A program made the position numbers and the translations under genes. Positions 32,001-40,495 of a stretch of DNA of 64,000 nucleotides are shown piece by piece. This DNA comes from an uncultured Collinsella sp. (GTDB lineage Bacteria; Actinomycetota; Coriobacteriia; Coriobacteriales; Coriobacteriaceae). The stretch spans positions 422 through 64,421 of the forward strand of contig CABVAY010000007.1 in the NCBI GenBank assembly GCA_902496455.1, given 5' to 3'. Every line of letters starts with the position of its first letter. Position 1 is the first letter of the stretch. Below the pieces are notes generated by a model, which saw nothing but the letters and a program-made list of their open reading frames with translations, had not been told where the DNA came from and searched no databases.

Positions 32001-34019
32001 CTAGACCATGACCACGGCGAGCACGAGGAAGACCACGAGCGCCGCGACGATGTAGCAGATGTATACGGAGTAGTTGCCGCCCTCGATCTTGGAGGCGAGG
32101 CCGGCCAGCTTATCGGCACCCTCGCTCGGTGCATCGACCAGGAAGCGGTCGGGCAGGGGCTCAACGCCCTGGGCGACACCGGTGAGCTTCTGGAACACGT
32201 GCGCGATGGACCAGCAGATCTTGGTGCATACCTCGCGCAGGGTGTAGAGCGGGCCCATGAAGAGCTCTACGTCTGACGCGAAGCTCGTGGCGACGACGGG
32301 CATGTGCTCGTTGGGCTCGTAGCCGCACGCCCAAGGGTCGGTCTTCTTAGCGGGGGCCTTGGTGCCGAGGCAGGACCTCAACACGAACGCGAGGCCGGTG
32401 AGGACCACGAGCGCGATGGCGATCGCGGGGGTGGAGGTGGCGGCACCGGAAATCTCGTTCACCAGAGACACACCCGAGGTGGCTGTGATGGCAGAGCCGG
32501 CAAGCACGCTCTGGGCGACGTCGCCCAGAACCGGGGCGATGACGGGAGAGCCGATTCCCAGCACCACGCAGATGGCCGCGAGGAGCATCTGCGAGAACAA
32601 CATCGGAGCCGGGGACTCCTTGGCGTTCGCGGCCTCCTGGGAACGAGGGCTGCTCGCGAACGAGACGCCGTAGGCCTTCACGAAGCACGTGACGGCCAGG
32701 GCACCGGTGATGGCGAGGGCGGCCGCGGAGGCGACGGCGAACACCATGACGACCGGGTCGGAGATCGTCGAGATGTTGAACAGGGACTGGTAGGTGAACC
32801 ACTCGGAAACGAAGCCGTTGAGCGGCGGGATAGCCGAGATGGCAAGGGCACCGATGAGGAAGCAGACGGCCGTGACCGGCATACGGCGGAACAGGCCGCC
32901 CATCTTCTCCATGTTGCGCGTACCCGTGGCATAGAGCAGGGAGCCCGCGCCGAGGAACAGCTCGCCCTTGAACATGGCGTGGTTGAGCGTGTGGTAGAGG
33001 GCGGCCATGAGCGCGATCGTCGCGATGACGTCGTTGCCCAGGGCGTGCGCCGTCATGGACGCGCCGACACCGAGCAAGATGATGCCGATGTTCTCGACGG
33101 AGTGGTAGGCCAGCAGGCGCTTAATGTCGTGCTCGTGGAGGGCGTAGACGACGCCCAGGACCGACGAGATGGATCCGAAGACCAGGACCATGAGGCCCCA
33201 CCAGAGCTGGACGCCCGAACCCGCGAGCAGGTCGAGACCGACCTTGAGGATTCCCAGGATGCCGATCTTGATCATGCCGCCGGACATGAGGGCGGACACG
33301 TTGGACGGCGCCTCGGGGTGCGCCTGGGGCAGCCAGGAGTGCAGCGGGATGATACCGGCCTTTGCGCCGAATCCGAAGAACGCGAGGACGAAGCACGCGG
33401 AGGAGACGGCGGGTCCAAAGTCATGCGTACGGAAATCACTGAAGCTGAAGGAACCGCCCACGCCGTTGGTCATAAGCAGGAAGCTCGCCATGATAAGGAC
33501 AAAGCCCACGTGCGCGATGACGAAGTAGAGCCAACCGCCCCTAATGGAGTTCTTGTTCTCCTCGATAACGACAAGGAAGTAGCTCGTAAGGGACATGAGC
33601 TCAAAGGCGACCAGGAACCAGAACACGTTGTCGGCGGTGATGACGAGCATCATCGAGGCGACGAAGGTGTTCATGAAGAAACCGGCGCGCCCGACCTTGC
33701 CCGGGTACTCATCGAAGTAGGACAGACCGTAGATGAAGCCCGCAAAGGCGAGGATTGAGATGAGGACCACGATCAGGCCCGCAAGGCCGTTGAGCAAGAG
33801 CTCGAGACGGGCGAACGGGAAAAAGAAGACCGTGTTGAGGGACGAAACGTCGCCAAGCACGGCCTCGAGGCCCGCGATGAACGACAGCACCGCGGCGACG
33901 GCGCCGATAAGGCAGCCGGCGGTTTTGGCGGCGTTATCGGCCTTGATCAGCAGAACCGAGGCGAGCGCACCGATGCACGAGACGGCAAGCGATGCGATAA
34001 ACAGCGTCATGCTATACAT
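32001..34019 (-). CDS. hyfB: Hydrogenase-4 membrane subunit B (NuoL-like)
   Basis: 672 aa antiporter-like membrane protein. Its start overlaps the hyfA stop by 8 nt. Confidence 0.85.
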   Translation of the reverse strand: MYSMTLFIASLAVSCIGALASVLLIKADNAAKTAGCLIGAVAAVLSFIAGLEAVLGDVSSLNTVFFFPFARLELLLNGLAGLIVVLISILAFAGFIYGLSYFDEYPGKVGRAGFFMNTFVASMMLVITADNVFWFLVAFELMSLTSYFLVVIEENKNSIRGGWLYFVIAHVGFVLIMASFLLMTNGVGGSFSFSDFRTHDFGPAVSSACFVLAFFGFGAKAGIIPLHSWLPQAHPEAPSNVSALMSGGMIKIGILGILKVGLDLLAGSGVQLWWGLMVLVFGSISSVLGVVYALHEHDIKRLLAYHSVENIGIILLGVGASMTAHALGNDVIATIALMAALYHTLNHAMFKGELFLGAGSLLYATGTRNMEKMGGLFRRMPVTAVCFLIGALAISAIPPLNGFVSEWFTYQSLFNISTISDPVVMVFAVASAAALAITGALAVTCFVKAYGVSFASSPRSQEAANAKESPAPMLFSQMLLAAICVVLGIGSPVIAPVLGDVAQSVLAGSAITATSGVSLVNEISGAATSTPAIAIALVVLTGLAFVLRSCLGTKAPAKKTDPWACGYEPNEHMPVVATSFASDVELFMGPLYTLREVCTKICWSIAHVFQKLTGVAQGVEPLPDRFLVDAPSEGADKLAGLASKIEGGNYSVYICYIVAALVVFLVLAVVMV

Positions 34020-34629
34020 TGTTTACGCTCCCTTCTGCTTTCTCGGACAGGCCCTGGGCCACAGCGGTAACGTCAACGACCGGACCGTTTTCGATCGAAC
34101 GCAGGCGCTTGGCCTCGTCGAGCTCGCGATCGGCCGCGCCGCCCATGACGGTCAGCGCCTTGGTGGGGCACGCCGCCACACAATGCGGGCCGTCCGGATC
34201 GAAGGCGCACAGGTCGCACTTGACGGCGCAGGTGTACTGGCCAGGAGCCCACGTAAGCAGGCTGCTCAGGGACTTAGGATACGAAGGCGTCGGGTCGCAC
34301 ATGCCTGCGACACCGGCGATAGACGTGCCATCGGGATGGATGGCTCCGAAGGGGCACGCGATGGCGCACAGCCTGCACCCGATGCACTCCTGCTCCTTGA
34401 CGTGGATGCGATCGCCATCGTGCTCGATGGCATTCACCGGGCAAACCTCGGCGCAGGGGGCACCCTCGCAATGGTGGCAGGCAAGGGCGGCCGAAATACC
34501 GCCGGTCTTCACGAGCGCCAGGCGCGGCGTATCCTGAAGACCCTGCATCCGGTGGGCGTCGGCACAGGCGGACTGACATGTTCCGCAGCCGATGCACCTC
34601 TCCGGGTTGATGTCGATGAAGCGGTTCAT
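34012..34629 (-). CDS. hyfA: Hydrogenase-4 4x[4Fe-4S] ferredoxin subunit (HycB/HyfA-like)
   Basis: Four CxxCxxCxxxCP-type motifs. ATG 34629 (MNRFIDINPERCIGCGTC) follows AAAGGAAG. Confidence 0.85.
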   Translation of the reverse strand: MNRFIDINPERCIGCGTCQSACADAHRMQGLQDTPRLALVKTGGISAALACHHCEGAPCAEVCPVNAIEHDGDRIHVKEQECIGCRLCAIACPFGAIHPDGTSIAGVAGMCDPTPSYPKSLSSLLTWAPGQYTCAVKCDLCAFDPDGPHCVAACPTKALTVMGGAADRELDEAKRLRSIENGPVVDVTAVAQGLSEKAEGSVNNV

Positions 34630-34707
34630 CCCCACTTCCTTTCAAAATAACGGGCCGGGCTCCCGAACGTACGGGACGCCCGGCCCAAATAGCCAACGAG
34701 AACGGGA

Positions 34708-36930
34708 CTACACGATTTGGTTCACGTGCGTCTCGTCGTCGAACTTGGCGGCGCCGGGCTCAACGTCCTGGGGAGCGGCGGCGTCCACCAGAGCCTGCTT
34801 GAGCTCGGTGTACTGACGCTCCACCTCGCCCTCAGCCCAGACCTGGTCAGCGATAGCGTCGACCTGGCAGGCGGAGAACTTGTCCTCGGGCGTATGCGAG
34901 ACCGGGTCGACCTTGTGCATGGTCAGCTCGTTGCACTTGCCGATCCACCACTGGTAGGTCATGTAGACCGTGCCCTTGTTGATGCGATCGCTCACGTCGG
35001 CGCGGCTGTATACCTGGCCGCGGCGGCTGTGAATCGAGACGATGTCGCCGTTCTTGATGCCGCGCGCCTGGGCGTCCGCGGGATTCATGCGGACAAAGCC
35101 GGGTTCGTCGGCAAGCAGCGCCAGCGTCTTGCAGTTGCCGGTCATCGAGCGGCAGCTGTAGTGGCCGACCTCGCGGACGGTGCACAGGATGAGCGGGTAC
35201 TCATCGTCGGGAAGCTCGGAGGGCGCCTCCCAGTCGTGCGCCATCAGGTTGGCGCGGCCGTCCTTGGTGGTGAACTTGCCACCAGCGAACATGTCGGGCG
35301 TACCGTGGTCGTTCACATCGGTGCTCTTGACGGGCCACTGGGCGTAGCCGCCCTCGGGAGCCATCTTCTCGTAGGTCGCGCCCACAAAGTTGGGGCACAG
35401 GCTAATGCACTCGTTCCAGATCTGCTCGGTGTTGTCGTAGTGCATGGGGTAACCCATGCGCGTAGACAGATCCGCGAAGATCTCCCAGTCGTGACGGCAC
35501 TCGCCCTTGGGCGGAACGGCCGCGTCAAAGTGCTGGAAGCTACGGTCGGATGCGGTAAAGACACCCTCGTGCTCGCCCCAAGAGGTGGCAGGTAGGATGA
35601 CGTCGGCGAGCATGGTCGTCTGCGTCATAAAGATGTCTTGGCAAATGAATAGATCCAGCTCGGAGAGCGTCTTGCGCATTCCGGCCGAATCGGGCTCGGT
35701 CTGCACCGGGTCCTCGCCGTAGTTGTAGAAGCAGTGCACCTTGCCCTCGTCGACCAGGTGGCCCAGGTCGGTGAGCTTGTAGCCCTCCTCGAGCGGGAGC
35801 TTTTCCTCGGGCACGCCCCAAGCCTTGGCAAACTTGGCACGCACTGCCGGGTCGGTGACCTTCTGGTAGCCAGGGTACAGGTTGGGCAGCATGCCCATAT
35901 CACAGGAGCCCTGGACGTTATTCTGGCCACGCACGGGCGCGAGACCGGAATTGGGTTTGCCGATCTGGCCGGCAACGCAGGCGATGGAGGCGATGGTGTG
36001 CACCGTCTTCAGGTTCTGCTTCTGCTGGCATACGCCCATGCCCCAGCCAATGATGGCAGAGGGCTTCGCCGTGGCGTACATCTCGGCAGCTTGGTGGATC
36101 AACGCGGGCTCGACACCCGTGATGTCCTGTACGGATTCGGGAGTGTAGTTCTTGATGGTCTCCCACCACTCGTCAAAGCCGTTCGTGTGCTCGGCGACGA
36201 ATTCCTTGTCGTAGAGGCCATCGTTGACCAAGCAGTTGGCAAAGGCGTTGAGGAACGCGACGTTGCAACCATTCTTGATCGGAAGGTAGAGATCGGCGAT
36301 ACGCGCGGTTTCGATATGGCGCGGATCGGCGACGATGATCTTGCAACCCTTTTCTTTGGCTCGCACGATACGCCTTGCGACGATGGGGTGCGAATCGGCA
36401 GGGTTATAGCCGAAGAGGAAAATGCAGCCCGCATCCTCCATACCGGGGATGGAGCATGACATGCAACCTGAACCAACCGTGTCCATCAGACCGAGGACAG
36501 TAGGGCCGTGTCAAGTACGGGCGCAGTTGTCTACGCTGTGGGTGCCGATGCACGCACGCGTAAACTTCTGCATAACGTAGTTCGCCTCATTGCCGCCGCC
36601 TCGCGAAGAGCCGGTGGTCATGACAGCGTTAGGACCATATTCGTCAATTATGGCCTGCATCTTAGATGCGGTGAAATCCAGTGCCTCGTCCCAGCTTACG
36701 CGCTCAAGATCCGCGCCCTTAGTGCGGCGGATCATCGGGTGCAGTACGCGAGGAGTCAAGATCTTGGTGTCGTTGATGAAGTCGTAGCCGCTCATGCCCT
36801 TAAGGCACAGCTCGCCCTGATTGGTGATGCCGTTGAGCGGTTCGGTACCCACGACCTGGCCGTTTTGGACCAAGAGGTTAAACTGGCAACCGGCGCCGCA
36901 GTACGGGCAAATCACTTTATGCTTCTCCAT
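34708..36930 (-). CDS. fdhF: Formate dehydrogenase H, selenocysteine-containing (UGA at 36511-36513 is read as Sec at codon 140)
   Basis: ORFs 36511-36981 and 34708-36486 are in one frame, separated only by TGA. The junction reads HSVDNCART-U-HGPTVLGL, matching the FdhH CARVUHGPS motif. N-terminal CPYCGAGC; AGGAGGG lies before ATG 36930. Confidence 0.92.
36473..36510 (-). promoter_or_regulatory. Putative SECIS hairpin of fdhF
   Basis: Immediately 3' of UGA: CACGGCCCUACUGUCCUCGGUCUGAUGGACACGGUUGG. UGUCC/GGACA stem flanking a GGUC-containing loop. Confidence 0.6.
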
Positions 36931-37004
36931 GACACCCTCCTTCCTTTCTCTGCTACCGATTACTCGGTACTTATTTGACAATCATTGGGCCTGTCGCCCG
37001 ACGC

Positions 37005-37523
37005 TTACGCCTCGTTTTCGATGGTGGCGCGGGCACGCTCGGCAGTCAGCTCCGCCAGGCGCTCCTCGTCTACCAAGGTGAGGCCCTTGGTCGGGCACGC
37101 CTCGGCGCACGCCGGACCGCCGGGACGGTCCACGCACAGGTCGCACTTGAGCACGAAGCTCTTAGTCTGCGAACCCACGCGCACGTCACCCATCAAGACG
37201 GGGACCTGCGTGGTCGCCACGCTCACGGCGCCAAAGGGGCATGCCATGACGCAGCTCTTGCAGCCGATGCAGTTGTCCTCGTTGACGCCGATGCGATGGT
37301 TCTTTGGATCAAAGAACAAGGCGCCCGTAGGACAGGCCTTCGCGCACGGGGCATCCTCGCAGTGATGGCAAGCCACCGGTGCGGAGATCTCGTACGTACG
37401 CGTCACGCGCAGGCGCGGCGCGGCGATGTTACCGGGGATGTCGTGCGCCTCGATACACGCCGCCATGCAGGTTTGACACCCAATGCAGCGCGAAGAATCG
37501 GCTACGACTCGCTTATTACCCAT
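37005..37523 (-). CDS. hydN: HydN/HycB-like 4x[4Fe-4S] electron-transfer protein
   Basis: CIGCQTCMAAC, CHHCEDAPC, CIGCKSCVMACP, CDLC..CAEACP. ATG 37523 is preceded by AGGAGGGAG. It lies directly upstream of fdhF. Confidence 0.8.
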   Translation of the reverse strand: MGNKRVVADSSRCIGCQTCMAACIEAHDIPGNIAAPRLRVTRTYEISAPVACHHCEDAPCAKACPTGALFFDPKNHRIGVNEDNCIGCKSCVMACPFGAVSVATTQVPVLMGDVRVGSQTKSFVLKCDLCVDRPGGPACAEACPTKGLTLVDEERLAELTAERARATIENEA

Positions 37524-37700
37524 GTTGTTCACTCCCTCCTGAATCCCTTGTCGGAGAGACCCTGTCGACATTGACCCAAGCCGCCCGTGGCCTGGCATCG
37601 ACGTATCGAATGCATGCGGCGAAACATGCACTCGGTAGAGTTTCTCCAACGATATACAGGTTAAATATACGCAGTTGCAGGGGGCAAACTTGAGCATAGG

Positions 37701-37726
37701 CCCTGCAATACGAGTGTATTGCAGGG
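37701..37726. promoter_or_regulatory. Perfect 11-bp inverted repeat in the divergent region between hydN and the TA module
   Basis: CCCTGCAATAC-GAGT-GTATTGCAGGG, about 180 nt upstream of the hydN ATG and about 220 nt upstream of the antitoxin ATG. Confidence 0.4.
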
Positions 37727-37949
37727 GTTTGGGCTGGTTGGAACTATTCTCGGATAGCTATAAAGGTGAGTGTATTACATGCGTACGCCTCAGAGATTTT
37801 TACGCGCTCCCATTTTGGATGTACTACGCTTGTATTCGTTTTAATGGTTATTTACTTGAGTGAAATAAAGTAATGGTTATAAGATTCTAAAAGGTCGGCA
37901 TACGCCGCATTAGACCGACTATATTGCACGCTCATTAAGGGGGCAAGTG

Positions 37950-38273
37950 ATGTCATCGACTCAAAAACGAGCCATCCTGCAGGTGCGCATTCGCGAGGAA
38001 GACAAGCAGCATGCCGAGCGTCTCTACGACGCCATGGGAACATCGCTCGCCGAGGCCGTGCGCCTTTTTGTCGCGCAGAGCATTTTGATGCGCAAGCTCC
38101 CCTTTCAGCCGGTCGCCGTGCGTTCCAAGGACGGCACGGCCGCCTATGGATCGCTCAAAGCATATGGGGACCCCAATCGCCGCTCCGAAGAGCGCAATGC
38201 CTGGATTGAGTACCTTGCCACAGAAAGCGACGATTCGATTTTGGGCCCCGAGGAAGTAGATATCCATGAGTAG
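37950..38273 (+). CDS. RelB/DinJ-family type II antitoxin
   Basis: ILQVRIREEDKQHAERLYDAMGTSLAEAVRLFVAQSILMRKLPF fits the DinJ ribbon-helix-helix pattern. AAGGGGG lies 6 nt before the ATG. 8-nt overlap with the next gene. Confidence 0.8.
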   Translation: MSSTQKRAILQVRIREEDKQHAERLYDAMGTSLAEAVRLFVAQSILMRKLPFQPVAVRSKDGTAAYGSLKAYGDPNRRSEERNAWIEYLATESDDSILGPEEVDIHE

Positions 38274-38742
38274 CACCATCATCGACGAGACCGTCATCCT
38301 TCGCTATCTGCTCGACGACGACGAGGTCCTGTCACCGCGCGCCGCCAAGGTCATCGCCACGCGCACCGCTCGTGTCTACCCCGAAATCATCACGCGCGTC
38401 GTGGTCACGCTGCGCGACGTCTATAAGGTTCCCCGCGTTGAGATTGCTGCGGCCATGAAAAGATTGCTCGATGACGTCATGGTCGACGAGCCCACCGTTG
38501 TCGCCCTTGCCGTCAAACTCTTTGGCAAGACCCATATGGACTTTACCGACTGCCTCCTCGCAGCCCGAACCGCCATCTACAACGATGATGTCGTGAGCTT
38601 TGGCAAGCCCATCATCCAAGGCATGATCGATTACCGCCGCCAGCGCCAAACCGCTGCCGACGCCCGCGACCGCGCCGCCGAATCCCGCAGTCACAGCACC
38701 GACTCCACCATCGACAAGCTCCGTCACCGCCCCCGCAGCTAA
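38266..38742 (+). CDS. PIN-domain (VapC-like) toxin with a basic C-terminal tail
   Basis: N-terminal IIDETVILRYLLDDDE and an internal DFTDCLLAA acidic motif typical of PIN nucleases. Confidence 0.7.
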   Translation: MSSTIIDETVILRYLLDDDEVLSPRAAKVIATRTARVYPEIITRVVVTLRDVYKVPRVEIAAAMKRLLDDVMVDEPTVVALAVKLFGKTHMDFTDCLLAARTAIYNDDVVSFGKPIIQGMIDYRRQRQTAADARDRAAESRSHSTDSTIDKLRHRPRS

Positions 38743-38787
38743 CCGACAGACGACGGCATCGCCCGCCCCTCAGCCCCATCCCCACCT

Positions 38788-38856
38788 GAGTTGCGGTGAA
38801 ATAGTTCCTGGATTTAGGCTTATTCGAGCCTTTCAGGAACTATTCCACCGCAACTT
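38788..38856. repeat. REP-like palindromic repeat, family 1, copy 4
   Basis: GAGTTGCGGTGAAATAGTTCCTG ... CAGGAACTATTCCACCGCAACT, preceded by CAGCCCCATCCCCACC. Confidence 0.9.
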
Positions 38857-39028
38857 TCTGTAAGGGTGGTTTTTAGTGCCGCCGAGGGGCACTAATCAAC
38901 CGTTTGCCGATATGTTTGGCTCTGACTCATGGCTCTGACCTGCCCCGTCAAGCTTTTGGTCAGTTCATGGCAAGGTCTGGCGGACCAAATATGGGATAGC
39001 GTAGTGTCATTCACTCCCCCTCGAGACC

Positions 39029-40036
39029 ATGGGGTCGAAAATGAGTCATGATAAACGCTGTTCCAAACCGCAAATAGAGCTGTTCTTCCAGTTATTCGAG
39101 GCCCATCATGGCGGGCATCTGTTTGTAGCTACCAAAAAATGGGATGAACGCTGTGCCTACGCGCTCATGCAAAAAGAGATGATTATTCGACTCTACAACC
39201 ATGTCTACGCTGATCCCGCGTATTGGAATGACCTCGGCGTCGAAGATCGCATCTTTCAATTGGCATCCGCTATTGCGGTCGTTGAACCGGATGCCGTGTT
39301 TTGTGGAGCAACGGCGGCACTGCTCTATGGCGTCGGTTCTGCATATTCCCTTCTCGACAAGGTGCAAGTGCTGCTGCCGCGTTCCACCAGACGCGATATG
39401 TACGAATTCGTTGAATACCGACGCTGGCGGGCGGGCAACGTATGGCAGCTCGGCCCGTTTACGTTAACGGATCCATATCGCACGGTGGTCGACATCGCCC
39501 GAACGAGCGCTTTTCGATATGCACTAGGCTATGTCGACGGGCTGGCTCGTGAGTACGGTGTCGAGCGTGAAGAATTGCGTGCATATGCACAAGCGAACTG
39601 CCGCGGACTGCACGGCATTGCGCGCGCATTTAACGTTTTTGAACACATGGATGGCAGATCGGATAACGGTGGAGAATCCGAAGCACGGGCGGCAATGATT
39701 CTGGCGGGAGTTGCCACTCCCGAACTTCAGGTTGAAATCACTCGACCGGGAAACGCCGGCTATTATTTGGCAGATTACGGCTGGCAGATGCCAAACGGCT
39801 CTTGGATGCTGGCTGAGCTGCATGGACTAGGCAAGTTTGAGGACGATGCCCAAAATGATCCGGAACATACTGCGGCAAAAACCTATCGAGATGCCCTCAT
39901 GCGCGACGCGAACCTGCGTGCCATGGGCCACAACGTCATTCATTTCAAGCTCTCAGACACCTACGATGTCAAAGCGTTCGGCTCCATGATGCGCGGCTAC
40001 GGTATACCAACCACAAAACCCTACGCAGACTCCTGA
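39029..40036 (+). CDS. Hypothetical protein with a C-terminal DUF559/Vsr-like endonuclease-fold region
   Basis: The C-terminal GESEARAAMILAGVATPELQVEI..YYLADYGW..LAELHG..RDANLRAMGHNVIHF pattern matches DUF559-like proteins. Third-codon GC is visibly lower than in neighbouring genes. Confidence 0.55.
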   Translation: MGSKMSHDKRCSKPQIELFFQLFEAHHGGHLFVATKKWDERCAYALMQKEMIIRLYNHVYADPAYWNDLGVEDRIFQLASAIAVVEPDAVFCGATAALLYGVGSAYSLLDKVQVLLPRSTRRDMYEFVEYRRWRAGNVWQLGPFTLTDPYRTVVDIARTSAFRYALGYVDGLAREYGVEREELRAYAQANCRGLHGIARAFNVFEHMDGRSDNGGESEARAAMILAGVATPELQVEITRPGNAGYYLADYGWQMPNGSWMLAELHGLGKFEDDAQNDPEHTAAKTYRDALMRDANLRAMGHNVIHFKLSDTYDVKAFGSMMRGYGIPTTKPYADS

Positions 40037-40098
40037 CCGGCTGACCCCATCTTCTCGACAACAGAACCCATCATCGAACCAGCCCGCTCGGCCTCAAT

Positions 40099-40166
40099 AA
40101 GTTGCGGTGAAATAGTTCCTGGATAACAGCTTTTGTGGCTAATCGGGAACTATTTCACCGCAACTT
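40099..40166. repeat. REP-like palindromic repeat, family 1, copy 5
   Basis: AAGTTGCGGTGAAATAGTTCCTG ... GGGAACTATTTCACCGCAACT, followed by TAGGAGGGGATGTGGGG. Confidence 0.9.
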
Positions 40167-40194
40167 AGGAGGGGATGTGGGGTCCCCGGCATGT

Positions 40195-40235
40195 ATATGA
40201 AAACGGCTCTGGCACCAAAAGGAGCCAAAGCCGTT
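40195..40235 (-). terminator. Hairpin downstream of the tRNA-Pro/tRNA-Gly pair
   Basis: 15-bp imperfect stem AACGGCTTTGGCTCC/GGTGCCAGAGCCGTT followed by a weak U tract (UUCAUAU). Confidence 0.4.
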
Positions 40236-40247
40236 AAAGATATCCTA

Positions 40248-40321
40248 TGGAGCGGGCGACGGGAATCGAACCCGCGTCATCAGCTTGGAAGGCTGGGGTT
40301 CTACCATTGAACTACGCCCGC
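40248..40321 (-). tRNA. tRNA-Gly (anticodon TCC)
   Basis: GCGGGCG acceptor, anticodon loop CT-TCC-AA, GGTTCGATTCC T-arm, encoded CCA. Confidence 0.93.
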
Positions 40322-40327
40322 AAGATA

Positions 40328-40404
40328 TGGTCGGGACGACAGGATTTGAACCTGCGACATCCTGCTCCCAAAGCAGGCGCGCTACCAAACTGCGCCACGT
40401 CCCG
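40328..40404 (-). tRNA. tRNA-Pro (anticodon TGG)
   Basis: CGGGACG acceptor, CCTGC-TT-TGG-GA-GCAGG anticodon arm, GGTTCAAATCC T-arm, encoded CCA. Confidence 0.93.
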
Positions 40405-40495
40405 AAGGTGTTGAGCAGCTAAGGTCTAAACCTTGCGTGTCCCAAAGCGAAGGAAATTATAGGGGAGACTCCCCGCCTGTGCAAGCGCAGAAACC

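Noticed and set aside
37524-37700. Sigma-54 (-24/-12) promoter expected by analogy with E. coli hyc/hyf/fdhF control.
   Set aside because: No TGGCAC-N5-TTGC-like element (GG-N10-GC spacing) was found on the minus strand. No FhlA/HyfR-like activator gene is present in the window.
40167-40495. Integration module (integrase, att direct repeats) at tRNA-Gly/tRNA-Pro that would explain the adjacent accessory island.
   Set aside because: There is no recombinase ORF and no duplicated tRNA 3' segment on the island side. Only a REP copy and a hairpin are present.
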